Below, in pieces: positions 24,510 to 38,379 of a DNA stretch of 64,000 nt. The first letter of the stretch is position 1, and each line of letters begins with the position of its first letter. The notes under the pieces were generated by a model. That model ran no database searches and was not told the DNA's origin. It saw only the letters and a program-made list of their open reading frames with translations. This stretch comes from Mobula hypostoma (lineage: Eukaryota): NCBI RefSeq assembly GCF_963921235.1, contig NC_086097.1, forward strand, positions 95,792,001 to 95,856,000, in the 5' to 3' direction. Both the position numbers and the translations under genes were made by a program.

Positions 24510-25690
24510 GCACTATGTCACTTCTCACCAAGCACTAATGGTGCTAAACGGCGACTTCTTTGCTTGCATCTTTGGAAACAGCTTTATTTCTATCTTTGAC
24601 ATCTCTTTTTTTCCCTTTTCAGAGTGTGGGGGGTTCTTTTGAAGGCCCTGATCTGGAACTATGCTCTGACTTTGGTTCATTACGGGAATGGGACCCGCTC
24701 TCAGGGCCTCATGACCGGCTGCTTTTTGATATCCCAAGGACGCGTCCTGGAAGACGAGCGTGCCTTCAGGGTTCTGGAATTTCATGGCTCTGGAGACGTG
24801 CTGATTCTAGGCCGTTGCCCCTGACTGAAGCGTCAGGGAAGAACACGGAACAGTGGGAGCAGCGGATTAGCTGCCGGGGGTTGTGTGTTCAGAGAGCTGC
24901 GCCTTTTTGGTGCCGACTGTCTGGGTGCAGAGCTTGGAAAAGGTGATGCAACAAACTATTAACATGGTAAATCAGTGAGTTGTTTTGTTATGTCTCCCCT
25001 CTCGCTGTGAAACGGGGACACCCCTTTTTCCCTTATTGGGGAGAGAGAAAGCCAGTGGTATGTCAAAGCGAGCAGTTTTTGGGGTACTAAAAGTCTGTGT
25101 CTTTATTGATACTTTGCTGCATGCTTGAGTGCTCGTTAGAGGGTGCTGTTGCTTTTTTGCTGGTGCGGGTTGTGGGGAGGGGTTGTTGCCTTGCTGCTGC
25201 TTGTGCATGGGAGGGGGAGCTGGGGGGGTGGCTTTGAGGTTCTAACATTTTAACTACATTCATTCTTTGGATTTTTCTTCTGTTTTCATGGATGTTTGTG
25301 AAGAAAAAGAATTTCAGGATTTATATTGTATACATTACTCTGACATTAAATTAAAGACATCCGTTAGTCTTGCGAGACCATGGATCTGCGCCTGGAAAGT
25401 CTTCACTCTCCAGGGCGCAGGTCTGGGCAAGGTTGTATGGAAGACCAGCAGTTGCCCACGCTGCAAGTCTCCCCTCGCCATGACACCAATGTTGTCCAAG
25501 GGAAGGGCATTAGGACCCATACAGCTTGGCACCAGTGTCGTCGCAGAGCAATATGTGATTACGTGCCTTCTCGAGGACACAACACGTTGCCTCAGCTGGG
25601 GCTCGAACTCATGACCTTCAGATAGCTAATCCAATGCCTTAACCACTTGGCCACGTGCCCACACTCTGACATTAAATGTACCTGTTTGAA
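24510..25690 (+). mobile_element. Non-autonomous LINE-derived element splitting a CR1 (24360-24510 / 25695-26110)
   Basis: No coding capacity. It has a second partial copy at 9976-10392, and CR1 motifs lie on both sides (MLQLYRVVVRLHLECC / YSLEFRR). Confidence 0.6.
25352..25662 (-). mobile_element. tRNA-derived SINE (311 bp) with a 15-bp TSD
   Basis: The minus strand starts gggcacgTGGCCAAGTGGttaagg (A box) ... GAGTTCGAGCC (B box). TSD actctgacattaaat at 25337-25351 and 25663-25677. Confidence 0.85.
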
Positions 25691-26209
25691 ACTATACTCG
25701 CTGGAATTCAGAAGAATAAAAGGGAAATCTTATAGAGACTTATAAAATATGAGTGGGATAGATAACATATAGACAGGAAAATTGTTTACACTGGTAGGAC
25801 TGGAACTAGGAGACATAGCCTCAATATTCAGGGAAATAGATTTAGGACAAAGATGAAGAGAAATTGCTAAACCCAGCGAGTAGACAGTCTGTGGAATTCT
25901 CAGCCCAGGGAAGTAGTGAAGGCTATCTGATTAAGCACATTTAAGACACAGTTAGATTGATTTTTGCATAGCAGGAGAATTAAGGATTATGGGGAAAAGG
26001 CAGGTAGGTGTAGCTGAGTCCATGGCCAGATCAGCCATAATCTTACTGAATGGCGGAGCATGCTCGACGGACCAGAAGGCCAACTCCTGCTCCTATTTCT
26101 TATGTTCTTATGAAAGTCATTTGGCAATCCTTGGCCCATTTACCAAGGTGATCAAAACCCCTGCTGTAATTTTTGATTATCTCTTCCCTGTCAATCATAC
26201 CACTTAGAG

Positions 26210-27130
26210 TCATGGAGTCATAGAAAGGCCCTTTGGCCCATCTGGTCTATGGTGACCCATTTAAACTGCCTAATCCCATCGACCTGCACCAGGACATGGC
26301 CCTCCACACTCCTACCATCCATGTACTGATCCAAACTTCTCTTAAACTCTGAAATCAAGCTTGCATGCATCACTTGCACTGGCAGTTCATTCCACACTCT
26401 CACAAACCTCCAAATGAAGAAGTTTCCCCTCATGTTCCTCTTAAACTTTTCACCTTTCACCTTTAGCCCATGACCTCTAGCTGTAGTCCCAACCAACCTC
26501 AGTGGAAAAAGCCTGCTTGTATTTACCCTATCTATACGCCTCATAATTTTGTATACCTCTATAAAATCTCCTCTCAGTCTTCTACATTCCAAGGAATAAA
26601 GTCCTAACCCAATCAATATTTCTATATAATTTAGGTCCTCCAGTCCCGGCAACATCCTTGTAAATTTTCTCTGTATTCTTTCAACCTTATTTACATCTTT
26701 CCCATAGGTGGGTGACCAAAACAACACAAAATACTCCAAATTAGGCCTCACCAATGTCTTATACAACTTCAACATAATATCCCATCTCCTGCACACAAGA
26801 ATTTGATTTATGAAGGCCAATGCACTAAAAGCTTTCCTTATGACCGTATCTACCTATGCCACCACTTTCAACGAATTAAGGACCTGACCCCTTTGTTCTA
26901 CCACACTCCTCAGTGCCCTACCATTCACTGTGTAAGTCCTACCCTGGTTCATCCTACTGAAATGCAACACCTCGCATTAAATTCCATCTGCCAACTTTTA
27001 GCCCGTTTTTGCAGTTGGTTCAGATCCCGCTGCAAGCCATGATAGTCTTCCTCGGTATCCACTACACCCCCAAATCTTGGTGCGATTTGACTTTTTGGAC
27101 TAGCCTCTCATGCAGGCCCTTATCAATGGC
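26210..27130 (-). mobile_element. CR1 3' fragment
   Basis: ORF 26218-26820: LKLYKTLVRPNLEYFVLFWSP..GLYSLECRRLRGD..VRVWNELP. Confidence 0.9.
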
Positions 27131-28025
27131 CAGGCAATGCCCACTGGCCTACCCTCATTTATCCTCTGGTTATCTTAGAAAAATTCTAAGATATTTCTTA
27201 GACACAATTTCCCACACACTAAGCCCAACTGGACCTTGTCTGTCCAAATGTTATAAAAGGTAACAAATAATCTGCTGGAGGAATTCAGTGGGTCAAGCAT
27301 CATCTGTGGTAAGTACTGTAAGTCCTGATTTAGGGGTTTGACCTGAAATGTTTCAGGTCAGAATGCTGTATCAGGACTTACCAAAACTTGCTTTTTCCTT
27401 TGCGGGGTGGCTGTGATAGATTCGGAGCTTTAGTAAATGAGATGATAGTTTATGGGCAATGGATATTATTTTTAAATAATTTATACAATTAATTACAGCA
27501 GTTATTTATTCCTGTCTGGCACAAAGGGCACTCAATTATGGATTGCAAAGGAAATTAAGGAGAGTATTGGTTTCAAAAGGGAGGCAGCTATAGTTGTTAG
27601 AAAAAGAATCGGGTTTGAGAATTGGGAGCAGTTTAGAATTAAACAAAGGAGGACAAAAAGAAGATGGTTATCTTCTCAATATCCCTTTGGCACCGAGCAG
27701 CTCCTACACATTGGGGTGGGCCAAATGTAACTCCACTGTTTAAAGTAAATCACTATTTTTACTTACATTTTTAAAGAGTGGAGTCCCTGGTACAGCTTCA
27801 GTCAAACCCATGGAGAGCTCCACTTTCATACAAAATAGGTGACATTGGACATTGAGAAGAAGAGGAAGAGAAAGTGCAAGAATCTTTTATAAATGATGCA
27901 GTGACAGAACATTTGGCAAGGCATAAAGAGGACTGGACAAAATCAGCATGGTTTATGAACACAGAATCATACTTAACAAGTCTACTGGAGATTTTTTTGA
28001 GAATGTAACTGGCAGATGTGATGTA

Positions 28026-28648
28026 CAAGGCGTGATTGATAAGTTTGTGGCCTAAGGTAGAAGGAGTCAATTTTAGAAAACCTAGCACATTTATTTTTCA
28101 ACATCATCCCCTCCTATATGTACACACTTAGTCCAGTGGTCATGGAGCATACGGATCCCTTCCTTGTAGAAGTGGTCCACAGCAGGGGTGATTGATAAGT
28201 TCGTGGCCTAAGGTAGAAGGAGATGAGTTATTAACTTCAAACTTTCTGCATTTTTACTCGAAGAGTTGAACTGCACATGCATGTAACGAGAGCGTCTTGG
28301 ACCTCCAAGTGGTCCGCAGCAGGGGTGATTGATAAGTTTGTGACCTACAGTCGAAGGAGATGAGTTATACAGCTCTCGTTACATGCACATGCAGTTCAAA
28401 TCTTTGAGTGATTATGCAGAAAGTTTGAAGTTAATAACTCATCTCCTTCTACCATAGGCCACGAACATATCAATCGCCCCTGCTGTGGACCAAGTCTGGA
28501 GGTCCAAGACGCCGACTTCTGCAAAGGAGGGATCCGTATGCTCCACGACCACTGGACTAAGTGTGTAAATATAGGAAAAATAAATGTGCTAGGTTTTCTA
28601 AAATTGACTCCTTCTACCTTAGGCCATGAACTTATCAATCACCTCTTA
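28026..28648. mobile_element. Palindromic Tc1/mariner-type MITE (copy 1) with a TA TSD
   Basis: Long terminal inverted repeats (ta|caaggcgtgattgataagtttgtggcctaaggtagaaggagtcaattttagaaaacctagcacattt...). Removing it restores the CR1 motif gatgtgatgtatttgaattttcagaag (DVMYLNFQK). Confidence 0.85.
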
Positions 28649-28709
28649 TATTTGAATTTTCAGAAGCATTTTAACTGGATCCCACATAAGAATTTGGGAG
28701 TACTATCTG

Positions 28710-31022
28710 AAGAATCAGAATCAGGTTTAATATCACTGGCATATGTTGTGAAATTTGTTGTTATGTGGCAGCAGTACATTGCAAAATGTAGTAATAAAAT
28801 CTATGAATTACAGTAAATATATGTATATAAAATAGTTAAATTAACTAAGTAGTGCAAAAAAAAAGTATTGAGGTTGTGTTCATGGGTTCAATGTCCATTC
28901 AGAAATCTGATTGCAGAGGGGAAGAAGTTACTCCTGAATCACTGAGTGTGTGCCTCCTCTCTGATTGTAGCAATGCAAGGGGCCTTGTCCTGGGTAATGG
29001 GGGTTCTTCATAACGGATGCTACCTTTTTGAGGCATTGTTCCTTGAAGATGACCTGGGTGCTGGGGAGTCTAGTGCCCATGATGGAGCTGTCTGAATTCA
29101 CAACTCTGTGCAGCTTATTTTGATCCTGTGCAGTACCCCACCCCAACATGCCAGACGGTGATGCTGCCAGTTAGAATGCTCTCCACAGTACGTCAGTAAA
29201 AATTTGCGAGTGTCTTTGGTGACATACCAAAATTCCTCAAACCCAGTTGTCGAGCCTGCTTTGTAACTGTATTAATATTTTGGGTCCAGAATAGATCCTC
29301 AGAGATGCTGATACCCAGAAACTTGAAATTGTTCACTCTTTCCACTTCTGCCTCTCCATGAGGACTGGTGTGGGTTCCCTCATCTTATCTCTTTTGAAGT
29401 CTACAATCAGTTCTTTTGTCTTATTGACATTGAGTGCAATGTTTTTGCTTCGATGCCACTCAACTAGCTGATATATCTCGCTCTTGTATGCTTCTCTTCA
29501 CCATCTGAAACTCTGCCAACTTTAGCTGTGTCATCAGGAAATTTATAGCTGGCATTTGAGCTGTGCCTAGCCTCACAGTCATGGGTGTAGAGACAGAGTG
29601 TAGAGCAGTAGGCTAAGCACACACTCACAAGATGCTGGAGGAACTCGTGGAAACGAATAGTCAACGTTTTGAGCCAGAACCCTTTGTCAGGACTGAAGAG
29701 GGAAGGGGCAGAGGCCCTATAAAGAAGGTGGGGGGAGGGTGGGAAGGAGAAAACTGGAAGATGCCAGGTGAAAAACCAGTAAGGGGAAAGATAAAGGGGT
29801 GGGGGAGGGGAGGCAGGGAGCTGATAGGCAGGAAAGGTGAAGAAGGAATAGGGGAAAACACAATGGGTAGTAGAAGGAGGCGGAACCATGGGGGAGGTGA
29901 TAGGCAGCTGGGGGAGGGGGCAGAGTGAAACTGGGATGGGGGAAGGGAGGGGGAGGGAACTACAGGAAGTTGGAGAATACTATGTTCATACCAAGGGGCT
30001 GGAGACTACCTAGACAGTATATGAGGTGTTGCTCCTCCAACCTGAGTTTAGCCTCATCATGGCAGTAGAGGAGGCCATGTATGGACATATCCGAATGGAA
30101 ATGTGAAGCAGAATTGAAGTGGGTGGCAACCGGGAGATCCTGTCTGTTGTGGCGGACGGAGCAGAGGTGCTCGACGAAGTGGTCCCCCAATCTGTGTCGG
30201 GTTTCACCGATGTAGAGGAGGCTGCACCGGGAGCACCGGATGCAATAGATGACCCCAACAGACTCACAAGTGAAGTGTTGCCTCACCTGGAAGGTCTGTT
30301 TGGGGCCCTGAATGGTGGCAAGAGAGGAGGTGTAGGGACAGGTGTAGCACTTACGCTTACAGGGATAGGTGCTGGGTGGGAGATCCGTGGGGAGGGACGT
30401 GTGGACCAGGGAGTCACGGAGGGACCGATCCCTGCAGAAGGCGGAGAGGGGTGGAGAGGGAAAGATGTGCTTAGTGGTGGGGTCCTGTTTAAGGTGGCAG
30501 AAGTTGCGGAGGATAATGTGCTGGATCCAGAGGCTGGTTGGGTGGTAGGTGAGGACAACGGGAACTCTGTCCCTGTTGTGGTGATGGGAGGATGGGGTGA
30601 GGGCTGAAGTGCGGGAAATGGAGGAGATGCGGGTGAGGGCATCATTGATGATGGCAGAAGGGAAACCCTGATCCTTAAAGAAAGAGGACGTTTGAGATGT
30701 CCTGGAACAGAAAGCCTCATCCTGGGAGCAGATGAGGCGGAGACGGAGGAACTGGGAATAGGGAATGGCATTTTTGCATGTGGCAAGGTGGGAAGAGGTA
30801 TAGTCAAGGTAGTTATGAGAGTAGTTATGAGTGTGGGCTAGGCACACATACTTAAGGTGCAGCAGTGTTGATTATCAGCGAGGTGGAGATATTATTTCCG
30901 ATCCGCACAGACCAGAGTCATCCCGTGAGGAAGTCGAGGATCCAGTTGCAGGGGGAGGTACAGAGGCCCAGGTTTTTGAGCTTTTCAGTTGGACCTGCAG
31001 GAATGATTGTGTTAAATGCTGA
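28710..31022 (-). mobile_element. Rex1-type LINE interrupted by a PLE
   Basis: LYTHDCEARHSSNASYKFPDDT and QVIFKEQCLKKVASVMKNPHYPG; (tctgat)n tail at 28712. Confidence 0.85.
29624..30835 (-). mobile_element. Penelope-like element, 5'-truncated, with an open GIY-YIG endonuclease region and terminal repeat
   Basis: ORF 29960-30847: YLDYTSSH..KNAIPYSQFLRLRLICS..FTCESVGVIYCIRCSRCSLLYIGETRHRLGDHFVEH..LGSLQPLGMN. TSD ggcta(a/g)gcacaca at 29611-29623 and 30836-30848. Decayed hammerhead at 29658-29695. Confidence 0.92.
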
Positions 31023-31299
31023 GCCAGTGTACCGATTTGAAACGAGGAGGACCAGAGAGTAGAAATAGATGGATCTTTTTGAAGGTGGCACGTAGATAGT
31101 TTACAGATGCAATGCCACAGAGACCAGTGCTTGGTCTACAGCTATTCACAACATCTGTCAATGATTTGGATGAGGAACTAAATTTAATATCTTTAAGTAT
31201 ATAAATGACATAAAGCTGAGGATTGATATGAGCCACCAGGACGATGTGAAGAGGCTCCAATGTTATTTAGACAAGTTAGGTTAGCAGGCAGATACATGG

Positions 31300-33025
31300 C
31301 ACATAGAGTCATAGAAAAGTACAGCACAGAAATTGGCCCTTTGGCCCGTCAAGTCTTTGCTGAACCATTTAAACTACCTACTCCCATCGACCTGCACCTG
31401 GACCATAGCCCTCCAAGTTCCTCCCATCCATCTAGCTATCTAAATTTCTCTTAGACATTGAAATTGAGCTTGCATGTATTTTTCTAAGTAAGGGGGTTTC
31501 CCCTGATATTCCCCTTAAATATTTCACCTTTCATCCTTAACCCATGACCTCTAGTTGTATTCCCACCCAACTTCAGTGGAAAAAGCCTGCTTGCATTTAA
31601 CCTATCTACACCCCTCAAAATTTTGTGCACTTCTATCTAATCTCTCTTCAATCTTCTAAGTTTCTAGGAATAAAGTCCTATCCTATTCAAATTTTCCTTA
31701 TAACTCAGGTCCTCCAGTCCCAGCAACACCCTTGTAAGTTTTCTCTGTACTCTTCCAACCTTGGTTACATCTTTCCTATAGGTGGGTGACGAAAACTGCA
31801 CACAATACTCCAAATTAGGCCTCACCAATGTCTAATACAACTTCAACATAACATCTCATCTCCTGTACTCAATACTTTGATTTATGAAGGTCAATGTGCC
31901 AAAAGCTTTTCTTACAATCCTAACTACCTGTGCCACCACTTTCAATGAATTATGACCTTTGTTCTACTGCATTCGTCAGTGCCCTACTGTTCACTGTGTA
32001 AGACCTACCCTGGTTGGTCCTCCCAAAGTGCAACACCTCACACTTGTCTGCATTAAATTTCATCTGCCATTTTTCAGCCCATTTTTCCAGCTGGCACAGA
32101 TCCCGCTGCCAGCTCTGATAGTCTTCTTTGCTATCCACTACACCCCAATCCTGGTGTCATCCACAAATTTGCTGATCCAGTTAAGCACATGATCGACCAG
32201 ATCATTGATATAGATGACAAACAACAACAGACTCAGCAGCGATCCCTATGGTACTCCACAACCCACAAGCCTCCAGTCAGACAGGCTACCCTCTACTACC
32301 GCTCTCTGGCTTCTCCCACAAAGCCAATATCTAATCCAATTTACTACCTCATCTAGAATACCAAGGGACTGAATCCTCTTGACCAACATCCCATGCAGGA
32401 TCTTGTCAAATGCCTTGCTAAAGTCCTTGTGGACAATACCGCATTGCTTTACCTTCTTCAAACTTCTTGGTAACTTCCTCGGAAAGCTGTAAAATTGGTT
32501 AGACTTACCTACCATACACAAAGCCATGTTGACTATCCCTAATCAGTCCATCTCTTTCTAAGTGATCATATATCCAGTCCCTTAGAATACTTTCCAATTT
32601 CTTTCCCGCTACTGAGGTCAGTCTCTCTGGCCTATGATTTCCTGGTTTATTTTTATAGCTCTTATTATAAACAGCAGAACAACATTAGCTATCCTCCAAT
32701 CCTTTGGTACCTTACCTGTCACTAAGGATGATTAAATATCTCTGCCAGAGCCTCTGCAATTTCTGCACTTGTCTCCCACAGGGTCCAAGGGAGCACCTTG
32801 TTAAGCTCTGGGGATTTGTCCACTCTAATCTGCCTCAAGACAGCAAACCCCTCCTGCTCTTTAATCTGTGTAGGGTCATGACCTCACTGCTGTTTTGCCT
32901 CACTTCTATAGACTCTGTGTCTGTCTCCTAAGTACATACAGATGCAAAAAATCCATTTAAGATCTCCACCATCTCTTTTGGCTCCATGCATAGATTACTA
33001 TTCTGATCTTCTGGAGGACCAATTT
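31300..33025 (-). mobile_element. CR1 LINE fragment
   Basis: DFSKAFDKILHG..WIRYWLCGRSQR and WQMKFNADKCEVLHFGR; 3' tail gactctatg. Confidence 0.88.
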
Positions 33026-33029
33026 TGTC

Positions 33030-33770
33030 CATTGCAATCCGTTCATTTTGTCTGCTGAGGGAGTTTTCTGCTATTATCCTGTTGGTGGTGTATATTCAGG
33101 CCAACGTCAGGCAGGCACTGGATGAGCTGAGCAATGTAATCAGCAGGCATGAAACAGCACACCCTGATACTTTCCCTGTCAGTGCTGGAGATTTCAACCG
33201 GGCCAGTTTGAAGAAGGCTCTGAACAGCTACCACCAACATATCACCTGTGGAATCAGAGGAGCCGACACATTTACCACTGTTATATACCATTGAGAACGC
33301 TTACTCTGCCACCCGCACCCCCCCCCCACCACTTTGGAAAGCCCGATCACCTGGCTGTACTTTCTACTCCCGGCGTATAGCCAGAGACTAAAGACCACAA
33401 CACCAGTGGTGAGGACTAAGAATTGTCAAGGGAGGTAAAGGAGTGTTTACACGACTGCTTTGAGTTGGTGGACTGGACAGTATTCAGAGATTCATTTTTG
33501 AGCCTGAATGAATATGCCACAGTTGTCATTGACTTCTTCAAGCTCTGTGTGGATGAACCAGGAGATTCATAGTCTGCTGAGGACTAGTTCTGTGGCTTCA
33601 AGATTTGTGATCCAGAACTATACAAGAAGTCCAGGTACAACATACGGAAGGCTATTTTAAGGACTGAAAAACAACTCCAATTGAATTTAGAGATGGAATT
33701 GGATACACATCAGCTCTGGCAGGGTTTGCAGGCTATTACCTTCTCTAAAGCAAAACCTAACATCACAAAT
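33030..33770 (+). mobile_element. Rex1-type LINE endonuclease/linker fragment
   Basis: FSAIILLVVYI..ETAHPDTFPVSAGDFNRASL (APE-type GDFN motif) and LDTHQLWQGLQAIT. Confidence 0.75.
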
Positions 33771-36086
33771 GGCCTTGGCTTCTTCCACAAGGCCAATAGG
33801 CCATTTTTCAGCCCATTTTTACAGTTGGTCCAGATCCTGCTGCATGCCATGATAGCCTTCCTTGCTGAAAAAAACTTCATCCCAGGCATAATCTTGGTGA
33901 ACCTCCCTAGCACCCTCTCCAGTGCCATCACATCTTTCCTTTAGCGTGGTAATCAGAAAAGCGTGCAATATTCTAGATGAGGTTTGACCAATGTTTTATA
34001 AAGCTGGAGCTAACCTCCCTGTTCTTGTTTACTGAAGGCCAATATTCTATACACCTTCTTATCTACCATGCAGAAAATTTCAAGGATCATTGCAATTTTA
34101 CACCCATGTCCCTCTGTTCCTCAATACTCCCTTGGATATTAACATTTGTCCTGACCTCATTAGTGCACCCAAAGTACATCAACTCACATTTATGAGGGTT
34201 AAACTCCATCTGCCATTTCTCAGCCTTTCACATTGCTAGCATGTGTGGCCCCAAATGAACCTGCACGCTTATCAACAACTCTGCCAACCTTCATGTCACC
34301 TTCGAAGTCTCTGATTATGTCTCCAAGACTCACATTCAAATCATTCATGTACATTAGAATTGAGATGAGGGGAAATTTTATCACTCAAAGTTTGGTGAAA
34401 CACTGGAATTCTCTACTGCAGAAGGCAATAGAGACTACCAAATGGATTCAAGAAGGAGGTAGATATAGTTCTTAATGCCAAAGGGATCAAAGGATATGGG
34501 GAGAGGGCAGGTACATGGTATGGTAATGGACGATCAGCCATGTTGACAGTTAACAATAGAACAGGCTTCAAGAGCTAACTGGCCTACTCCTAGTTTCTAT
34601 GTCGCATTTATCAACACCTTTTTTTTCCATTGAGTATAACAGTCTAATGAATTTTATGAAATTTAATACCATTGTCTTGAGGTTTGGAATTACTGGTTCC
34701 TGCTGTTGGGAGCTGACTAATTTGCTTGTCAGAAGATCCTGTATTGAGCTGATTTGGTAATTCAACATCCAGGCTTATTACACCTACTCCTTGGCTGGTC
34801 AGTGGCAGTTTTTGACAGATCGTTTTCTTGGAAACTGGTTCCCCTTTGATCTCAAACTGGGAAGTGAAGGTCTGGATTGTGATTCATTCCCCACGTGGCA
34901 GATATGAAAAGGACATGTGGGCAACCAGTGCTCACCCCGGCAGCTGCTTGTCTGTAATGTTGCTGGACATGGACCTTTAGTGATGGGAATAACTAATTCC
35001 CCAACACGCCTGCTGGTGTGGAGCAGTCATAGGCACCAGTTGGAGAAATTTGTAAACATTTTCGTTTTAACTCACTGCTTTGTCACCATTTCTTGAGGCT
35101 TATCTGTCTTCCCTATACATACTGTTCCTGGCTAGTCCATATCTGGCTTCCAGGTCGTAGGCCTTGTGGCTTATTTTTATTTCATTTTGCAATACAGTGC
35201 GGAGTAGGCCTTCCCGGCCCTTCGAACCACACAACCCCTGACAATCCCAATTAAACCTAACCTAATCACGAGATAATTTACAATGACCTGGTACGCTTTG
35301 GATTGTAGGGGGAAACTCACTCATTCCAGGGGAAGGATGTACGGTCTCCTTATAGGTTAGTGCCAGAATATAACTGAAGTCAGTAATGCCCTGTGCTATA
35401 ATCGCATTGTGTTAACCACTATGCTACCGTGGCTGTAAGTGTTGACTTTATGCTTGTTGGTCTGGTTCTTGTCTTTTGTATGGACAGCAAGGATCTGATG
35501 AAGGATCTACAACTCTAGCTGTTAACTACAGTATTTTTTCCATGTTATTTCTGCCTGATCTGTTGAGCGTTTTCAGCACGTTCTCATTTCATTTCAGAAT
35601 ACGGATTTAATCCATTTAAGAAGGCACTGGCCTGCTGTGTTTCTGCTTAATGTTATGGTGATATTGTCTTCTACTATATTTGATAAGTGCTAACACTTGG
35701 ACCAAGATGGTCTTTCTGCGTTGATCTGGGACCAGCATAGTGGTGCACCTAGTTGAACTGCCACCTCAGAGCTCCAGGGACTGAGGTTCAGTTCTGACCT
35801 CTGCTGTTGTCTGTGTGGAGTTTGCATGTTCTCCTTGTGATTGCATGGGTTTCTCCCAGATGCTCTGTTTTCCTCACACATCCCTAAAACATACTGGCAA
35901 ATTAAATAGCTGCTGTGTGGGGAATGGCAGGAGAGCCAGGGATGAGGGCGAGGGAAATAAGTGGGAGTAGGGGACTTATGGCAATGCTCTGAGAGGTGGC
36001 ATAGATTTGCTGGGAAATGCCCTCCTATGTTGTAAGAAGAATATTAAAAATACATATTTTATTTAAAATCATTCTCTAATTCTCTA

Positions 36087-36760
36087 GGGGGAGGAGAAGA
36101 TGGCAGTGCGACACAGCGCGTGTGGCCTCTCTGGTGAATGATATCTGTAATCTGTCAAGTAGGGGACCGTGCACAATTCTGATTTGATGGAGACAGACAT
36201 GAGAGCACGGAGGAACATCTGGAGAAACTTCTGAAGTGCCCGCTTTGCTGCCACTGCTACTGTGTGGTAACCGGAATCTCCGGAGCAGAAGACCCTGAAT
36301 CCTTGGCTTTGCTTGTTTCAGTGGCCAGGGCGAGGTCGAAGGCGCTTGGCAGAGGATGGCGCTCGGGAGGCTGTATTGGAGGGGTTGGTCAGAGGCTCGA
36401 AGTTTTTGAATGGACGGACTCAGTGTTGGCTGTGGTCAAGCGCTTCCAATGCATCGGCAAGTTGTCGGTGCCTGGAGGTTTATGAAAGGGAGCTTCTCCC
36501 TTTTACCGCTTGCTATCGGGGACTCGGGAGTCGATCGGGACTTGAGATTTTTTTTTACTGTGCCCATGGTCTGCTCTTTATCAAATTATGGTATTGTTTT
36601 GCACTGCTGTAACTATATGTTATAATTATGTGGTTCTGTCAGTGTTAGTCTTTGGTTTGTCCTGTTTTTCTGTGATATCACTCCGGAGGAACATTGTATC
36701 ATTTCTTAATGCATGTACGCATTTCTAAATAACAATAAAAGAGGACTGATCTAATTGATG
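36087..36760 (+). mobile_element. Non-autonomous LINE-like element with an AAGATGGC (YY1-like) 5' end and a poly(A) signal
   Basis: Starts gggggaggagAAGATGGC, has a GC-rich 5' half and a T-rich 3' half, and ends AATAAAagaggactga. Confidence 0.5.
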
Positions 36761-38039
36761 TCTAATTGATATAATCTAATTGATGTTATTCTTCCATTCT
36801 TCAAGTTACTGTGCAAACAGGATTACCCCACTGATTTTCAGTGCACAGGTGGTGTGTGTTGATTTGTTGAATGTGAATTATAGAATTTTCCAACGAAATC
36901 AAACCAGAGCACTGCCATAGGATTGTCAACTTGCTCTCCCTCTTTTACTGCAACCCTAGTGTGGTTCCCACTCCCCAAATGCAACCACACTTTTGCATCC
37001 TCTCCTGCATTATTGCCCAACTACCACACCCATTGCCACTCACTCAATCCAATCCATTTTCCACTGCAGTTCTTCCAACACTGTCCTTTACCTGTTACAA
37101 ACTGGCACCCTTCCCACTGCCATCCCAATCCCTCTTCCACGCTACCTTTTCCCACACTCTCCCTCCCCCAGAGCAGCCCTGGCAAGCAACAGCATCATCC
37201 TGCCAGTCACCTCATCCACTCTTCCAATGCACTTCCTCCTCACAGCACCCCTGCTATTCTGCCAAATCCACACTGCACCCCTGCCCCTCAACCACTGCCA
37301 CCCCATCCCCCATCTGTACACAGGACTATTAACAAGCTTCTCCTCACCTGATCACCTAGCAGGGATGCAGGGTTTTGACCAAAATGTCAACAGTTCCTTC
37401 CCTCCCACAGATATTGCTTGACCCACTGAGTTTCTCCAGCAGATTTTTTGTTGCTCCAGATTCCAGCATCTGCAGTCCCTTGTTGTCTCCCCAAACTTGA
37501 TTGTTTCCATTTTATTTCTCTCCAATATATGGTGGCTTTTAAGCCTGTATTTAGCTGTGACATTCCCTCCTCAAACTGCCCCGTCTCTCAACCTTGTTTT
37601 CTTCTTTGAACACACCTGTGGAAATCTTCCTCAGTTTGCTGAGCAGTTCTCTGACAAGTTCTGGGGGCCTGAATTATTATAACATGATTGATAGGGTGCA
37701 AAATCCACTCCCTGTTGGGCAACTTGCCCATATGGAGGCTGGAACTTAAGCAAGCCAGGAGGAATAAAATATGTCCCTTCGTTTCCTTATATTACAGAAT
37801 CCTCATTTGTAATCGGGATGCCAGTAAGCATGGGACATACTTCTACAGCTTTCACCCATTAAAAGCTCACTAATTTATTACATTTCCTGAAGGCTCTGCA
37901 GAAAAGTTGGCTGCAGTGCCTGAATTCTGCTTATTCTAATTCAATTACACAAGTCTAATTGTAAATTCTGCTTAAGGTGATGGTGTTATTACGGTGCCAA
38001 ATATATCTGGAATGATAAAGTTTTAAAAAACGCTACATT

Positions 38040-38200
38040 ATATTCACAAAAAATTCTGCAGGTGCTAGAAATCCAGACCAACATACACAAAATGCTGGGG
38101 GAACTCAGCAGGTCAGGCAGCATCCATGGAAACGAAAGAACAGTTGATATTTTGGACCAAGACCCTTCTTCAGGACTGGAAAAGAATGGGGAAGCCACCA
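38040..38200 (-). mobile_element. PLE terminal repeat with a decayed hammerhead
   Basis: The minus strand reads cagtc CTGAAGA agggtcttggtcc AAAA tatc aactg (38141-38178), followed by the conserved atgctgcctgacctgctgagttc tail. Confidence 0.7.
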
Positions 38201-38379
38201 GAATAAATATATAGGTTTACGTATATAAAAATGGCAGAAAGAAAGAATCGGCATTGGAAATCAACATGAGTTTTAATACTATTAACAAAGGCTAATAATG
38301 AGTAATAGGAATAGATTATGGGCTTCTAATATTCTTGAAAAATTGAAAATGCCGAGTATAACTCACACCTTTTCTTACT

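Noticed and set aside
25585..25662. tRNA gene suggested by A and B boxes
   Set aside because: It is the head of a TSD-flanked SINE, without a proper acceptor stem or terminator.
28026..28648. CRISPR-like appearance of a recurring ~35-bp repeat with intervening sequence (also 44629-45172)
   Set aside because: The repeats occur in both orientations, the intervening blocks are themselves repeated, the ends are TA-flanked TIRs, the context is vertebrate and there are no cas genes. It is a MITE.
29960..30847. GIY-YIG nuclease as a host or novel defence gene
   Set aside because: It is the 5'-truncated C-terminus of a Penelope-like element with a TSD and terminal repeat. The RT core and a true start are missing.
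36920..37350. Three overlapping Pro/His/Ser-rich ORFs of 133-142 aa
   Set aside because: C-rich low-complexity sequence that is open in all three plus frames, with no splice or homology support.
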